This document shows positions 1 to 8,274 of a stretch of 64,000 nucleotides of DNA, piece after piece. Source of the DNA: a virus; the IMG/VR virus record IMGVR_UViG_3300046747_000551, positions 1 to 64,000 of that record; one strand, 5' to 3'. Under the pieces are notes generated by a model. That model did not search any database and was not told the origin of the DNA. It saw only the letters and a list, made by a program, of their open reading frames with translations. Every line of letters begins with the position of its first letter. Position 1 is the stretch's first letter. The translations under genes and the position numbers were made by a program.

Positions 1-595
1 CCTCTTTGACGAACCGCGTGACGTAGTGCAGAGCCTTGAAGCTGAGCGGACCCGTCGGATTGAGCGGAGCGAACTGGACGCCGAGGTCCGTTTCGGTTCC
101 ACCGGTGAACAGCGAGTCGAAGTCGTAGCCGGCAACGGCATTGAATTTCGAGGCACTGCGGAGGTAGAGCTGGGCGCGGATGTCAGAGTTGACATACTGC
201 GTAATCAGCTTGCGGAGCGAGTCTTCGGCCGAGAGGTAGCTCGACTTGAAGGCCGCGTAGCCTTTCTTGACGCAAACGCGGGGACCGCGACCACGCTTGG
301 TTTCCAAGCGAGCCGTGAAGTCAATCGCGTCAGTGAGGTCCTGAATGCCGTTGGTTCCGCAGACCTCAGTATCGCACTGAAAAGTCGGGAGAGCCAGCGA
401 GTCACCAGGAGCCGCCTGCATTTGAACGGGGAAACGGATTTCATCGCTCACGCCGGAGGGGAACACCCCACCGCCGATGACGTTGATGAAAACCGAATTC
501 GCGGCCAACGTTTTGGCCACGGTCCCTACGAGACGGGACACGTCTTTTTGCGCAATCTCAGAAATCTGGTCTGCGCTGTTACATTCACCAGCCAT
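1..595 (-). CDS. probable major capsid protein, N-terminal 198 aa (runs off the window edge)
   Basis: Not in the ORF track. My translation from ATG 595 is MAGECNSADQISEIAQKDVSRLVGTVAKTLAANSVFINVIGGGVFPSGVSDEIRF..., open to base 1. It lies downstream of terminase-portal-scaffold and has its own promoter and long leader. The product call is from position, not from a recognised motif. Confidence 0.6.
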   Translation of the reverse strand, partial: MAGECNSADQISEIAQKDVSRLVGTVAKTLAANSVFINVIGGGVFPSGVSDEIRFPVQMQAAPGDSLALPTFQCDTEVCGTNGIQDLTDAIDFTARLETKRGRGPRVCVKKGYAAFKSSYLSAEDSLRKLITQYVNSDIRAQLYLRSASKFNAVAGYDFDSLFTGGTETDLGVQFAPLNPTGPLSFKALHYVTRFVKE

Positions 596-744
596 AAAAA
601 CCTAGTTGGTTTCTGTCCTCGGGAAATATCCGTCGGACGGTTTTCCTCGCAATTGGGCTGCGAAGTTACCCTGTCAGCGCCGGCCAGCCGCCAGACAGTT
701 TAGGCCGATTGCCCCAGACCAGTAGGGCCGTTAGGTCGTAGGAG

Positions 745-771
745 AAGTGTCCCGAAAATCGAAAAAGTCAA
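745..771 (-). promoter_or_regulatory. class B promoter TTGACT-N16-CACTT upstream of the capsid gene leader
   Basis: Matches the recurrent TTGACA-N16-CACT motif; spacer 750-765 counted as 16 nt. Confidence 0.7.
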
Positions 772-1718
772 GAGGGATTCTGCCCGACGCCGGCCAGCCG
801 CTTCAAATAGCCCTGGTAGGTCTTCTCAAGTCCCTCAGGGAAAGCCACTTTGGGACGCCAGCCCAGGCCGCGGATGAACGAATTGTCCAGCACCTTGCGG
901 GGAACGCCCGTCGGCTTGGAGTCGTCGAAGAAAAGCGTGCCCTCGTAACCGACCACGCGGCGCACCTCGTCGGCAATCGCCTTGATGGTCCATTCGTCGC
1001 TGCTGCCGGTGTTCACGACCTCGCGGCCGTCGTAGGCGTGCATCAGGAAAAGCAGGGCCACCGCGAGGTCGTCCGCATAGAGCAGCTCCCGGCGGGCCGT
1101 CCCGTCTCCCCACACGTCCAGCTCAGGCATGTGCAGCTCTTTGGCCCGGTGCATGCGCGTGACCAGCCCAGGGACGACATGCGACCGGGCGGCGTCAAAC
1201 CGGTCGCCCGGCCCGTAGAGGTTGCACGGCTGGGCGCAGATGAAGTTCTTCCCCTGCTCGTCCCGCAGGTATTGGCACAGCCGGATGCCGGCCACCTTCG
1301 CGATGCCGTAGGCCTCAGTCGTGTCTTCGAAGGCCCCGGTGAGCAGCGCTTCCGGTCGGATGGGCTGCGCGGCGCCGCGCGGGTAGATGCAGGATGACCC
1401 CAGAAAGAGCAGCTTCTTCACGCCATACGCAGCCGCGTTCGTGATTACGTTGGTCTGGATGGCGAGGTTCTTGAGCAGGAATTCCACGCGGTTGGTGTCG
1501 TTGGCCAGGATGCCCCCGACGTGTGCCGCGCACAGAAAAACGTATTCGATGTTGTGGACAGAGAAGAACCAGCGGACGAGGTCCGGCTTGGTGAGGTCCA
1601 TCTCGGCGGAGGTCGCCGTCACGATATTGTGGAAGCCCCGCGCGCGGAGCAGGCGCAGCACAGCGTCTCCGACGAGTCCACGGTGCCCGGCGACATAGAT
1701 TTTGGAATCCAGGTTCAT
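768..1718 (-). CDS. fcl: GDP-L-fucose synthase (GDP-4-keto-6-deoxymannose epimerase/reductase)
   Basis: KIYVAGHRGLVG Rossmann motif, AAHVGGILAN, FLGSSCIYP, catalytic YGIAK, NLYGPGD, VWGDGTARRELLYADDLA and FDDSKPTGVPRK: the full Fcl/WcaG signature set. Confidence 0.95.
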   Translation of the reverse strand: MNLDSKIYVAGHRGLVGDAVLRLLRARGFHNIVTATSAEMDLTKPDLVRWFFSVHNIEYVFLCAAHVGGILANDTNRVEFLLKNLAIQTNVITNAAAYGVKKLLFLGSSCIYPRGAAQPIRPEALLTGAFEDTTEAYGIAKVAGIRLCQYLRDEQGKNFICAQPCNLYGPGDRFDAARSHVVPGLVTRMHRAKELHMPELDVWGDGTARRELLYADDLAVALLFLMHAYDGREVVNTGSSDEWTIKAIADEVRRVVGYEGTLFFDDSKPTGVPRKVLDNSFIRGLGWRPKVAFPEGLEKTYQGYLKRLAGVGQNPS

Positions 1719-2404
1719 GGATGGTTCTTGATGTATTGCTTACGCGCGAATTCGAGCTGCCGCCGAATCGCCGCGTTCTTGATAGAGTGAACGAAGATTT
1801 TCCCGTGGCGCCAGACAGCGTCGGTCATTACCCGCAGTCCGTGGGTGTGCGCGGTCCCGCAGCTGAAGCCGTCGCGGAAATTTTTGTGCGGAATGTTCCC
1901 GCGCACGCAGCACGCCATGAAAAACCAGTCGATGAAAAGCATGCGGGAGTCTGGCTCGACAAGCGGCGCCGCCGCAATCAGCCGTTCCACGAGCCCGCGA
2001 GACAGGAAGTAGGGCGGCTGCATCGCGAACCGGGGCCACGCGTAGGGCGCCGGTAGCTTGTGCATCATGTCGGAGACCTCGTTGCTCCAGACCACGTCCT
2101 CCGCGTAGAGGTATGCCGGCAGCTCCGGCGCCAGACAAAAGCTGTCCGAGTCGTTGCACAGGTAGTGCGTCGCGTCGTAGTCGAGCATGATTTTCCAGTG
2201 CTCGACCTGTCGGGCGAAACTTTTCAGCCCGATATATTCGCGCTGCCCGCCCCAGCGACAGATGTGCGGCCCCATGTTCTCGATGCGGGAGTCCTCGGGC
2301 GTGACGATGACGATGGGCAGGTGGTGGTGCTCATAGCACGGCATCAAATCGCGAATCTGGTGCGCGTCGCCTTCGTAGCCGTGGACTGTCACAATCGTTT
2401 TCAC
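1715..2404 (-). CDS. glycosyltransferase-like protein (GT-A fold, DxD)
   Basis: YLCNDSDSF DxD motif after a hydrophobic strand; C-terminal FVHSIK resembles Fringe/GT31-type H..K. Stop/start overlap with fcl. Confidence 0.55.
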   Translation of the reverse strand: MKTIVTVHGYEGDAHQIRDLMPCYEHHHLPIVIVTPEDSRIENMGPHICRWGGQREYIGLKSFARQVEHWKIMLDYDATHYLCNDSDSFCLAPELPAYLYAEDVVWSNEVSDMMHKLPAPYAWPRFAMQPPYFLSRGLVERLIAAAPLVEPDSRMLFIDWFFMACCVRGNIPHKNFRDGFSCGTAHTHGLRVMTDAVWRHGKIFVHSIKNAAIRRQLEFARKQYIKNHP

Positions 2405-3150
2405 AAGTATTTCTTCCGGACGTGGCTTATCACGTCATCCGTTTTGCAGCCGTGCAGGTAGCACACGCCCTGGTCGAGCAGCGTCGTGTATTGGTCCTCG
2501 GTCACACCGGGGCAGTGCCACCACGACTTCATCTGCGGGCAGTCCGCCCAGCCCATGCGCTTGAACTGCGGGGCCAGAATCCAATCCCAACCCGCGCGCG
2601 GGGTGCATCCGCCCAGTTTGCGGGTGAACCAGTGCAGGAAAAAGTGGTCGCCGGACACCAGACAGTTGCCGTTGATGTGCTGGTTGCCCGCATCCTTTAC
2701 ACCGGCGTCAATGAGCGGCCCAAAGATGCGCACGGGCTTGACCCGCTGCGCCGCATCCCACGAGCGCGAGATTTCCTCTATCCAACCCTTGCGCAGCGGC
2801 GCACCGTCCGCTTCAAGCAGCGCCACAGCCTTGTAAGGCGGGATACGTTTGGCTGCACCGTAAGAATATACGTAGTCGAGTGTGCCGAAAGCGATGTCGT
2901 TACACCCGGCTGGCCAGCCGACCCCACGACGACCGCGGTTGATGTGGGTGTGGACTTTGAATTTGCGTGAGACATACTGGATGGTGTCGGTGTCGTGAGT
3001 GCAGTCAAAGCGCGCGGAGAAAAGCACGTCGGCGGATTCGCACATGCCCGGCTCCAGGTCCGCGATGAGCCGCGCGAGTTTGCACATCTGCGCCTTGTCG
3101 CGCTCCCAGAAGACGAAGGCGAGCAGAAGTTTATTTGACGGGTTTCCCAT
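2401..3150 (-). CDS. putative glycosyltransferase-like protein
   Basis: Likely start MGNPSNK at 3150. Motifs GWPAGCN, LLEADGAPLRKGWI (ExD), HINGNCL, AGWD and C-terminal YLHGCK. Overlaps both neighbours. Confidence 0.5.
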   Translation of the reverse strand: MGNPSNKLLLAFVFWERDKAQMCKLARLIADLEPGMCESADVLFSARFDCTHDTDTIQYVSRKFKVHTHINRGRRGVGWPAGCNDIAFGTLDYVYSYGAAKRIPPYKAVALLEADGAPLRKGWIEEISRSWDAAQRVKPVRIFGPLIDAGVKDAGNQHINGNCLVSGDHFFLHWFTRKLGGCTPRAGWDWILAPQFKRMGWADCPQMKSWWHCPGVTEDQYTTLLDQGVCYLHGCKTDDVISHVRKKYL

Positions 3151-3931
3151 AACAGTAGCTGCCGATGTGGCCGCACAAACAGCCGAGGTCAACGTGGGCT
3201 TGGTGGCCGGCTTGCGTGGCGCGAATGCAAAACTGCACGTCCTCGCCCATCCCCATGCTGGAATTCCGCTTCGAAACCGTGAGCGCATCGCTGATATAAC
3301 GCATGGCCGCGGCCGGGTCCGCCATCGCGATAGCTTTTTCCACGGCGGCGCGCAGGTCGTGCTCGGAGCTGGTGAACCACTGGCCCCCGAGCCCGTTCGC
3401 GCCGCGCGCGAGGTGCGGGAATTTCTTCTCGATGTCCTCGAACACGGACCGGTGAATCAGCTTGCAACCGGTGCCGACCCAGCGGGTCGGCTTGCACACG
3501 TCGTGCGGACCGGACTTCGCATACTTCAGTTCCTGCGGGTCACAACCCTCGCCATACATCGCCTTACCGTGCTCCCAACGACCAATGTATAGTGCGCCAA
3601 CCAGGGTCTTACCGTGGGAGAGAAGGCGGTCAATGACGTGGAGTCCGGCAAAGCGCTCAGGCAGATTGAAATGAGTGAACGAATTAAAAAGTTGAGCATT
3701 GCCAAAGGGGACGACCATGTCGTCGTCGATGGTTAGCATCCACTCCATCTTTGTGCGGAGGAATTGGTCGGCTAGCTTGTTGCGAGAATGGACGATGAAC
3801 GCGTCGCCGAAATCCAGCATCGAGGCCGTCTGTGCCGTCTTCGCCCGACCGAGCAGAGACATCACCGAAAAAGCCATCCGTGGCTCCATCGTTTTATAGC
3901 TCGGGAGACAAATGCAGACCTGCCGGCTCAT
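3131..3931 (-). CDS. glycosyltransferase, family 2-like
   Basis: SRNKLADQFL...WMLTIDDDM (DxD), GTGCKLIHRSVF, GEDVQFC and HVDLGCLCGH, typical of phage GT2-like proteins. Confidence 0.8.
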   Translation of the reverse strand: MSRQVCICLPSYKTMEPRMAFSVMSLLGRAKTAQTASMLDFGDAFIVHSRNKLADQFLRTKMEWMLTIDDDMVVPFGNAQLFNSFTHFNLPERFAGLHVIDRLLSHGKTLVGALYIGRWEHGKAMYGEGCDPQELKYAKSGPHDVCKPTRWVGTGCKLIHRSVFEDIEKKFPHLARGANGLGGQWFTSSEHDLRAAVEKAIAMADPAAAMRYISDALTVSKRNSSMGMGEDVQFCIRATQAGHQAHVDLGCLCGHIGSYCYGKPVK

Positions 3932-5208
3932 TGCTTGGCTTCCACTTCAGCCCGGTGCCGGTCTAGCGCGTCGCCGGGTTTCTCGTTGATGCCGGCACCC
4001 ACCGCGTTCGGCGCGTTGGTCGTGGCCGGCGTCTCGCGCAAGCGATTGGTCGAGCCCTTCTTTACCTTTTCGAGCAGCGCCTTGGCGGCGGTCAGCTCGG
4101 CGGTCAGCTTCTCCACCTCGGCCTTGTGCGAGCTGATGGCGGACGTATAGTCCACACGCAGCTTCATCAGCTGGGCCAGACCAACGGCGAGGAACGACCG
4201 CATCTCGGGGCTGTCGTCTTCCATCGCTTCCTTGATGGCTTCCTTGGTGTCGTTGAGCATTTTATTGTGCTCCACGATGGACGCCTTCTCCGCCTCGGTG
4301 GATTTGTCCGTGGGTTTCTTCTCCACGAACCAGTCCATCTTCGGAAGCATCGAGTCCAGCGACTTCGAGGCCTGCGCGCGAAAAACCTGCTTGCTCTGCT
4401 CACCGGCCTGGGCGCGCTGGCTCAAAAACTCTTCAGAGTTTTTCTTGGCGGCGGCGACGGCCGCGGCTTTCTTGTCCCGCAGGTCTTCGAGCTGGGTCAG
4501 CTTCACTTCGATGAAGCGCCGCGCCTGCGACGGAATTTTTTCGAGGATGGGGTCCCACTGCACCTTGAAGACGCCGCCCATGCCCTTGATTTTCTCGATG
4601 GTCGTTTCGGCCACGCCCACCGCCTTCAGCCGTCCGTAGATGGACTCGGCGTTCGAGTTGTGCTCGTCGTCGAATTTCTTGAACTCCGGGTCCGCCTCCA
4701 CGTCCAGCTTGCGCCGGAATTCACGAAGCTCCTTCAGCTCCTGCTCGACCTTCGGGTCCACGCGGCCGGCTTTCTCGGACAGCTCCTTGTATTTCTTGTC
4801 CAGCTCGTCGCGCTCCGCCTGGAGCGTGGCGACCTTTTCCTTGGCGAGCCGCTTGACGTTCTCGAACGCCTCCGCGGCCTTGGGCTTGAGGTTCGCGGGC
4901 GGGGCCACGTCGAACGGGTCCACGGGCGGGGCCGGGTCCGGCTTCGGCTCGGGCGCCGGGTCCGGCTTGGGCTCGGTTGAAGGGGCCGGCGGCACGACAG
5001 CTGCCGGCTCGGCGGGCTTCAAAAACTTGCCATCGGGTCCGCGCGCGGGCGTCGGCGTGGGGTCGGGTTTGGCCAGCGGCGTGGACTGGTTGTCGTCCTG
5101 CTGTTGCTTCAACAAGTCGTCCAGCGCGCTCGATGTCTCGGCGGAGATGGACGGCATGTTCGCGCTGAGGTCGGCGCCGGGTGCGTTGGGGTTCGTGGGA
5201 GCGGGCAT
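3928..5208 (-). CDS. probable capsid scaffolding protein
   Basis: Pro-rich N-terminus (PARGPDGKF, PEPKPDPA repeats) followed by long charged coiled coils; located between portal and capsid genes. Confidence 0.55.
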   Translation of the reverse strand: MPAPTNPNAPGADLSANMPSISAETSSALDDLLKQQQDDNQSTPLAKPDPTPTPARGPDGKFLKPAEPAAVVPPAPSTEPKPDPAPEPKPDPAPPVDPFDVAPPANLKPKAAEAFENVKRLAKEKVATLQAERDELDKKYKELSEKAGRVDPKVEQELKELREFRRKLDVEADPEFKKFDDEHNSNAESIYGRLKAVGVAETTIEKIKGMGGVFKVQWDPILEKIPSQARRFIEVKLTQLEDLRDKKAAAVAAAKKNSEEFLSQRAQAGEQSKQVFRAQASKSLDSMLPKMDWFVEKKPTDKSTEAEKASIVEHNKMLNDTKEAIKEAMEDDSPEMRSFLAVGLAQLMKLRVDYTSAISSHKAEVEKLTAELTAAKALLEKVKKGSTNRLRETPATTNAPNAVGAGINEKPGDALDRHRAEVEAKQ

Positions 5209-5211
5209 AGG

Positions 5212-5529
5212 TTACTCTGTAGGGTTTTCGTCCTCGGGAAGCTGAAGTTCCTTCGGCCAATTTTCATTCGTGTCGAGGTCCGGGTATCGGCTCTCGGGTT
5301 CCGGCTGCGGCGGCTGGTGCGATTGCAGGTCCAGAAAAGTTTGCACTGCGCGTTGGTAGCCCTCGCGCAGAAGGGTTGACACAAGCAACGTGTGAGGCGT
5401 GCTGGGGTCGAAAGGTGGAAGCTGGTAGAGCGTGGACGCCAGGGCCGCGGCCCCAGTGTTCGAGGCGATGAAGTCCTTGAGAATTTTCGCGTTGGTGCTA
5501 TCCCATGCGATGGGTTCGTTTGCGTTCAT
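5212..5529 (-). CDS. hypothetical protein between portal and scaffold
   Basis: Likely start MNANEPIAWD at 5529; the upstream part of the tracked ORF overlaps the portal gene. Confidence 0.6.
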   Translation of the reverse strand: MNANEPIAWDSTNAKILKDFIASNTGAAALASTLYQLPPFDPSTPHTLLVSTLLREGYQRAVQTFLDLQSHQPPQPEPESRYPDLDTNENWPKELQLPEDENPTE

Positions 5530-5548
5530 GGTCTGTAGGGGGACCGAA

Positions 5549-7747
5549 TTAGGCGGCTGGTGCTGGGGCGGCTTCGGGCGGCATGGGTTGTTCTTCAGGC
5601 GCGGGAGCGGGCGCCGGCGCGGGCTCAGGCGCCGCGGGGGACACCCCGGGGATTGGTTGGCCGTTTTCGTCGAGGGGGCCGGGAGGAGCGCCCGCCTGAA
5701 GTTCGGCGTGGCGCTGCTCGGCCGCGGCCTGTTGCTGAGCCGCCTCGGCGAGCTTCGGCATTTCGGCCGCAAGTTTGTTGATGATGTCCGAGAAGGGGGC
5801 CATGTCCTGCTTGCTCACGCCCACTTGCAGGCCGGCCTGCTCGTGCATCTTCGCGTGCTTTAGGATTGCCATCAGCGTCGGCAACGCATGCGGGTCCTGG
5901 ACGACGTGCTGCGCGGTCGTTTCCAGCGCCGGCATCAAAACGCCGAGGTGGATGAGGTGGCCGTCGCGCGGTGACACCGGCACGTCCGCGTTTTGCGGGA
6001 TGATGATAGAGGCCAGCTCCAGCATTTGCTGCCGGGCCTGCTCCGCCTGCTCCGTCGGGTCGTTGTCGGGCAAAAGCACGGCGTCGGCGAATTCCTCGTC
6101 GATGAGCGCGGTGAGTTTGCGCCGCTCCATCTCTTTTCCGTTGTAGAGCGGGTTGCCGCGGGCTTCCTGCGCGATGATGACGATTTGCTGGCGCTCGATT
6201 TCGGTGTAGTCCTTCACCGTCTCGGCCGAAGGCATGTTCGCGAGCATGTCCAGCTCCTCGCGCTTCATAATTTTCAGGAGACGCTCCTGCATCGCCTTCG
6301 CATCGTCCTCGGAAGTGTTCGGGTCGCACATGCGCTTCTGCATGGGCGTCACCATCGCGGAAAATTGCGTGAGGAACCGCGAGATGATGTTGTCCTTGGT
6401 CTCTTCCTCACGCGAGGCGAGAAAATCCACCGCGGCCTTGGTCACCCGCTCGCCTTCGAGCGCTTTGGGCGTCGTGGCGCCGGCCATCTGGTCCAAAAGG
6501 TTCGTCAGGAACTGGTCCAGCTGGATAAACGGCTCTACGGCGGCGTCCAGCTTGCGTTCCGACACGCTATAGCCCTGCGCGATGAGGATTGCGTTGCCGA
6601 CGACCGACATTCGGAAGCGCTTGAGGACTTTTTCGTCCGCTTGGATGATAACTTTGCCGGAAAGGTTGAGCCGGTCCACCACTTCGTTGCGCGAACGGTC
6701 GATGATGCCGGCGATGGAGTAAAGTTCGCGGCCGATTCCCTTCGAGCCGTGAATTGTTCCGTTGCCCTGCTGGAAAGTGAAGAAGTGGGCCGCATCCCAC
6801 ATGCTTTCGTATTGGTCCTCGCTCGTGAACAGCTCGGTGAACGTCTTTTCCTCGAAAATGTAGTGGGAAACCTTGCCGTCAATCTCCGTCGCGAGCAAAT
6901 GCCACACGACGACGACCCGCGCGCCGGATTCGTGGCTCAGCCCGAGGTTCGACTCGCGAATCAGGTCCTCGTAAACACGTTCCCACGCCGAATACTGCGA
7001 GCGTCGGTCCTGGGGCATCGATGCGTTGAGCATCATCACCGCGTTTTCGATGTTCCAGCCGCGCGCGATGGCGGATTCCTTGTCGCGAATGAGGTCGAAC
7101 AGCTCATGGAGCAGAAAAACTTCCTTCAGGCCGACGACCTGCGCCTTGCCGGGCGTCGGTTTCGTGCCGGTGGGAATCGCCATGAAGTCCTGGCGGAAAA
7201 ATTTCGGGAACCAACTGAATTCGTCGAGGTGCGCGACGGCCGCGAACCCGAAAAGTGCGTTCTCCTGCGCCAAGTCACCGAGAAAATCTCGCCAGCCCGG
7301 TCGGTTGCGCGCGGTCGAGGTGATTTCGCGACGGAAGGCCTCGGTTTTTTCGGCCGCGCCCTCAATGTCCTCGGGCAACGAGGAGTTGGTGATGTATTTC
7401 GTGGCCTCGACCGCCTGCACGAAGCGCGGCGCGACCTTTTCGACGAGCATCGCGAGCACCTTAGTGCTGAAGTTTGCTTTCCAAGCCAGCCCTTCGTTCT
7501 CCAGCGAGTCCGTGCGATGGGGCTTCTCCGAATTCACTTTGGCTTGGATTCTTGCGTTTTTTATGTTGCGCTCGCGCGAGGCAGCGAGCAGCGTCATTAT
7601 GATGTTTTTCGCCTGGATGGCATCCCGAATCGCCCGGTTGCCGGGCTTCAGGTTCTTGCCCAGGTCGGGCGGCGACACCGCTCCCTTGAAATCGCCCGGT
7701 GGCGTGTTGCCGTAGGCGGGCTCTGGCATCGATGGAGTGAGAGGCAT
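5549..7747 (-). CDS. probable portal protein
   Basis: 732 aa, mainly helical, near the terminase and upstream of the scaffold. Gln/Pro-rich C-terminal tail as in P22-like portals. Own promoter at 7757-7783. Confidence 0.7.
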   Translation of the reverse strand: MPLTPSMPEPAYGNTPPGDFKGAVSPPDLGKNLKPGNRAIRDAIQAKNIIMTLLAASRERNIKNARIQAKVNSEKPHRTDSLENEGLAWKANFSTKVLAMLVEKVAPRFVQAVEATKYITNSSLPEDIEGAAEKTEAFRREITSTARNRPGWRDFLGDLAQENALFGFAAVAHLDEFSWFPKFFRQDFMAIPTGTKPTPGKAQVVGLKEVFLLHELFDLIRDKESAIARGWNIENAVMMLNASMPQDRRSQYSAWERVYEDLIRESNLGLSHESGARVVVVWHLLATEIDGKVSHYIFEEKTFTELFTSEDQYESMWDAAHFFTFQQGNGTIHGSKGIGRELYSIAGIIDRSRNEVVDRLNLSGKVIIQADEKVLKRFRMSVVGNAILIAQGYSVSERKLDAAVEPFIQLDQFLTNLLDQMAGATTPKALEGERVTKAAVDFLASREEETKDNIISRFLTQFSAMVTPMQKRMCDPNTSEDDAKAMQERLLKIMKREELDMLANMPSAETVKDYTEIERQQIVIIAQEARGNPLYNGKEMERRKLTALIDEEFADAVLLPDNDPTEQAEQARQQMLELASIIIPQNADVPVSPRDGHLIHLGVLMPALETTAQHVVQDPHALPTLMAILKHAKMHEQAGLQVGVSKQDMAPFSDIINKLAAEMPKLAEAAQQQAAAEQRHAELQAGAPPGPLDENGQPIPGVSPAAPEPAPAPAPAPEEQPMPPEAAPAPAA

Positions 7748-7756
7748 CTTCTTCTT

Positions 7757-7783
7757 AAGTGCAGATTTTCAGACGTTTGTCAA
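7757..7783 (-). promoter_or_regulatory. class B promoter TTGACA-N16-CACTTA, about 10 nt from the portal ATG
   Basis: Exact motif; spacer 7762-7777. Confidence 0.75.
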
Positions 7784-8020
7784 GGGCCAGCGATGGTCGG
7801 GGCATTTCTCGGTGGCGAGCTTGGCTTTCGCGGCCACGAAGCAGCCGCACAGCTCGCACTGCTTGGTCTTCGGCAGGAAGTGCGGGCACCGGTGGCAGGC
7901 GTCCAGGCGCTGCCCCTCGATTTTTTCGCCCACGAAAACCTTGGAGCCGGTGGCGACCGCAACCACCACGCGCTTAAGGGCTTTTACCGCGTTTTTCGCT
8001 TCTTTCCGCATGATGTGCAT
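7769..8020 (-). CDS. small Cys-rich (zinc-binding) protein
   Basis: RLDACHRCPHF...QCELCGCFVAAKAKLATEKCPDHRW. Start at 8020 or 8011. Confidence 0.65.
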   Translation of the reverse strand: MHIMRKEAKNAVKALKRVVVAVATGSKVFVGEKIEGQRLDACHRCPHFLPKTKQCELCGCFVAAKAKLATEKCPDHRWPLTNV

Positions 8021-8274
8021 CCGACGTTCTGTTGTGGCATAACTCGTTTCGGCCGAGACGTTTGCGTGCTCCGGCAGTAGCCAGGGAAGTTCCTGCACAG
8101 CTGGGCGTTGACCTCCTCGGCGGGGTCACCAACCGCTAAGTGATTGATGACACGATAGTTAATCACGCGCGCGATGAGCTGGGCCTTGGACGCGCCGCGG
8201 TGCTTAACCTCCTGGGCATCAACGAATACCCAGCCGCCGGGCGGGTGCAGTCCCGGGTTGAATTTCGCGCTCAT
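7984..8274 (-). CDS. small Cys-containing hypothetical protein
   Basis: PPGGWVF...LCRNFPGYC...GCTSCG; ATG overlaps the terminase stop. Confidence 0.6.
   Translation of the reverse strand: MSAKFNPGLHPPGGWVFVDAQEVKHRGASKAQLIARVINYRVINHLAVGDPAEEVNAQLCRNFPGYCRSTQTSRPKRVMPQQNVGCTSCGKKRKTR

Noticed and set aside
26-703. 225-aa plus-strand ORF in the track
   Set aside because: Antisense shadow of the minus-strand capsid-like frame (595 to the edge), which has the promoter and operon context.
5993-8080. 695-aa plus-strand ORF, and similar long ORFs at 8346-9749, 37120-38550, 50799-52634, 53121-55907 and 55923-57449
   Set aside because: They lie antisense to well-supported genes. High GC3 codon bias leaves the opposite strand stop-poor, and they show no motifs.
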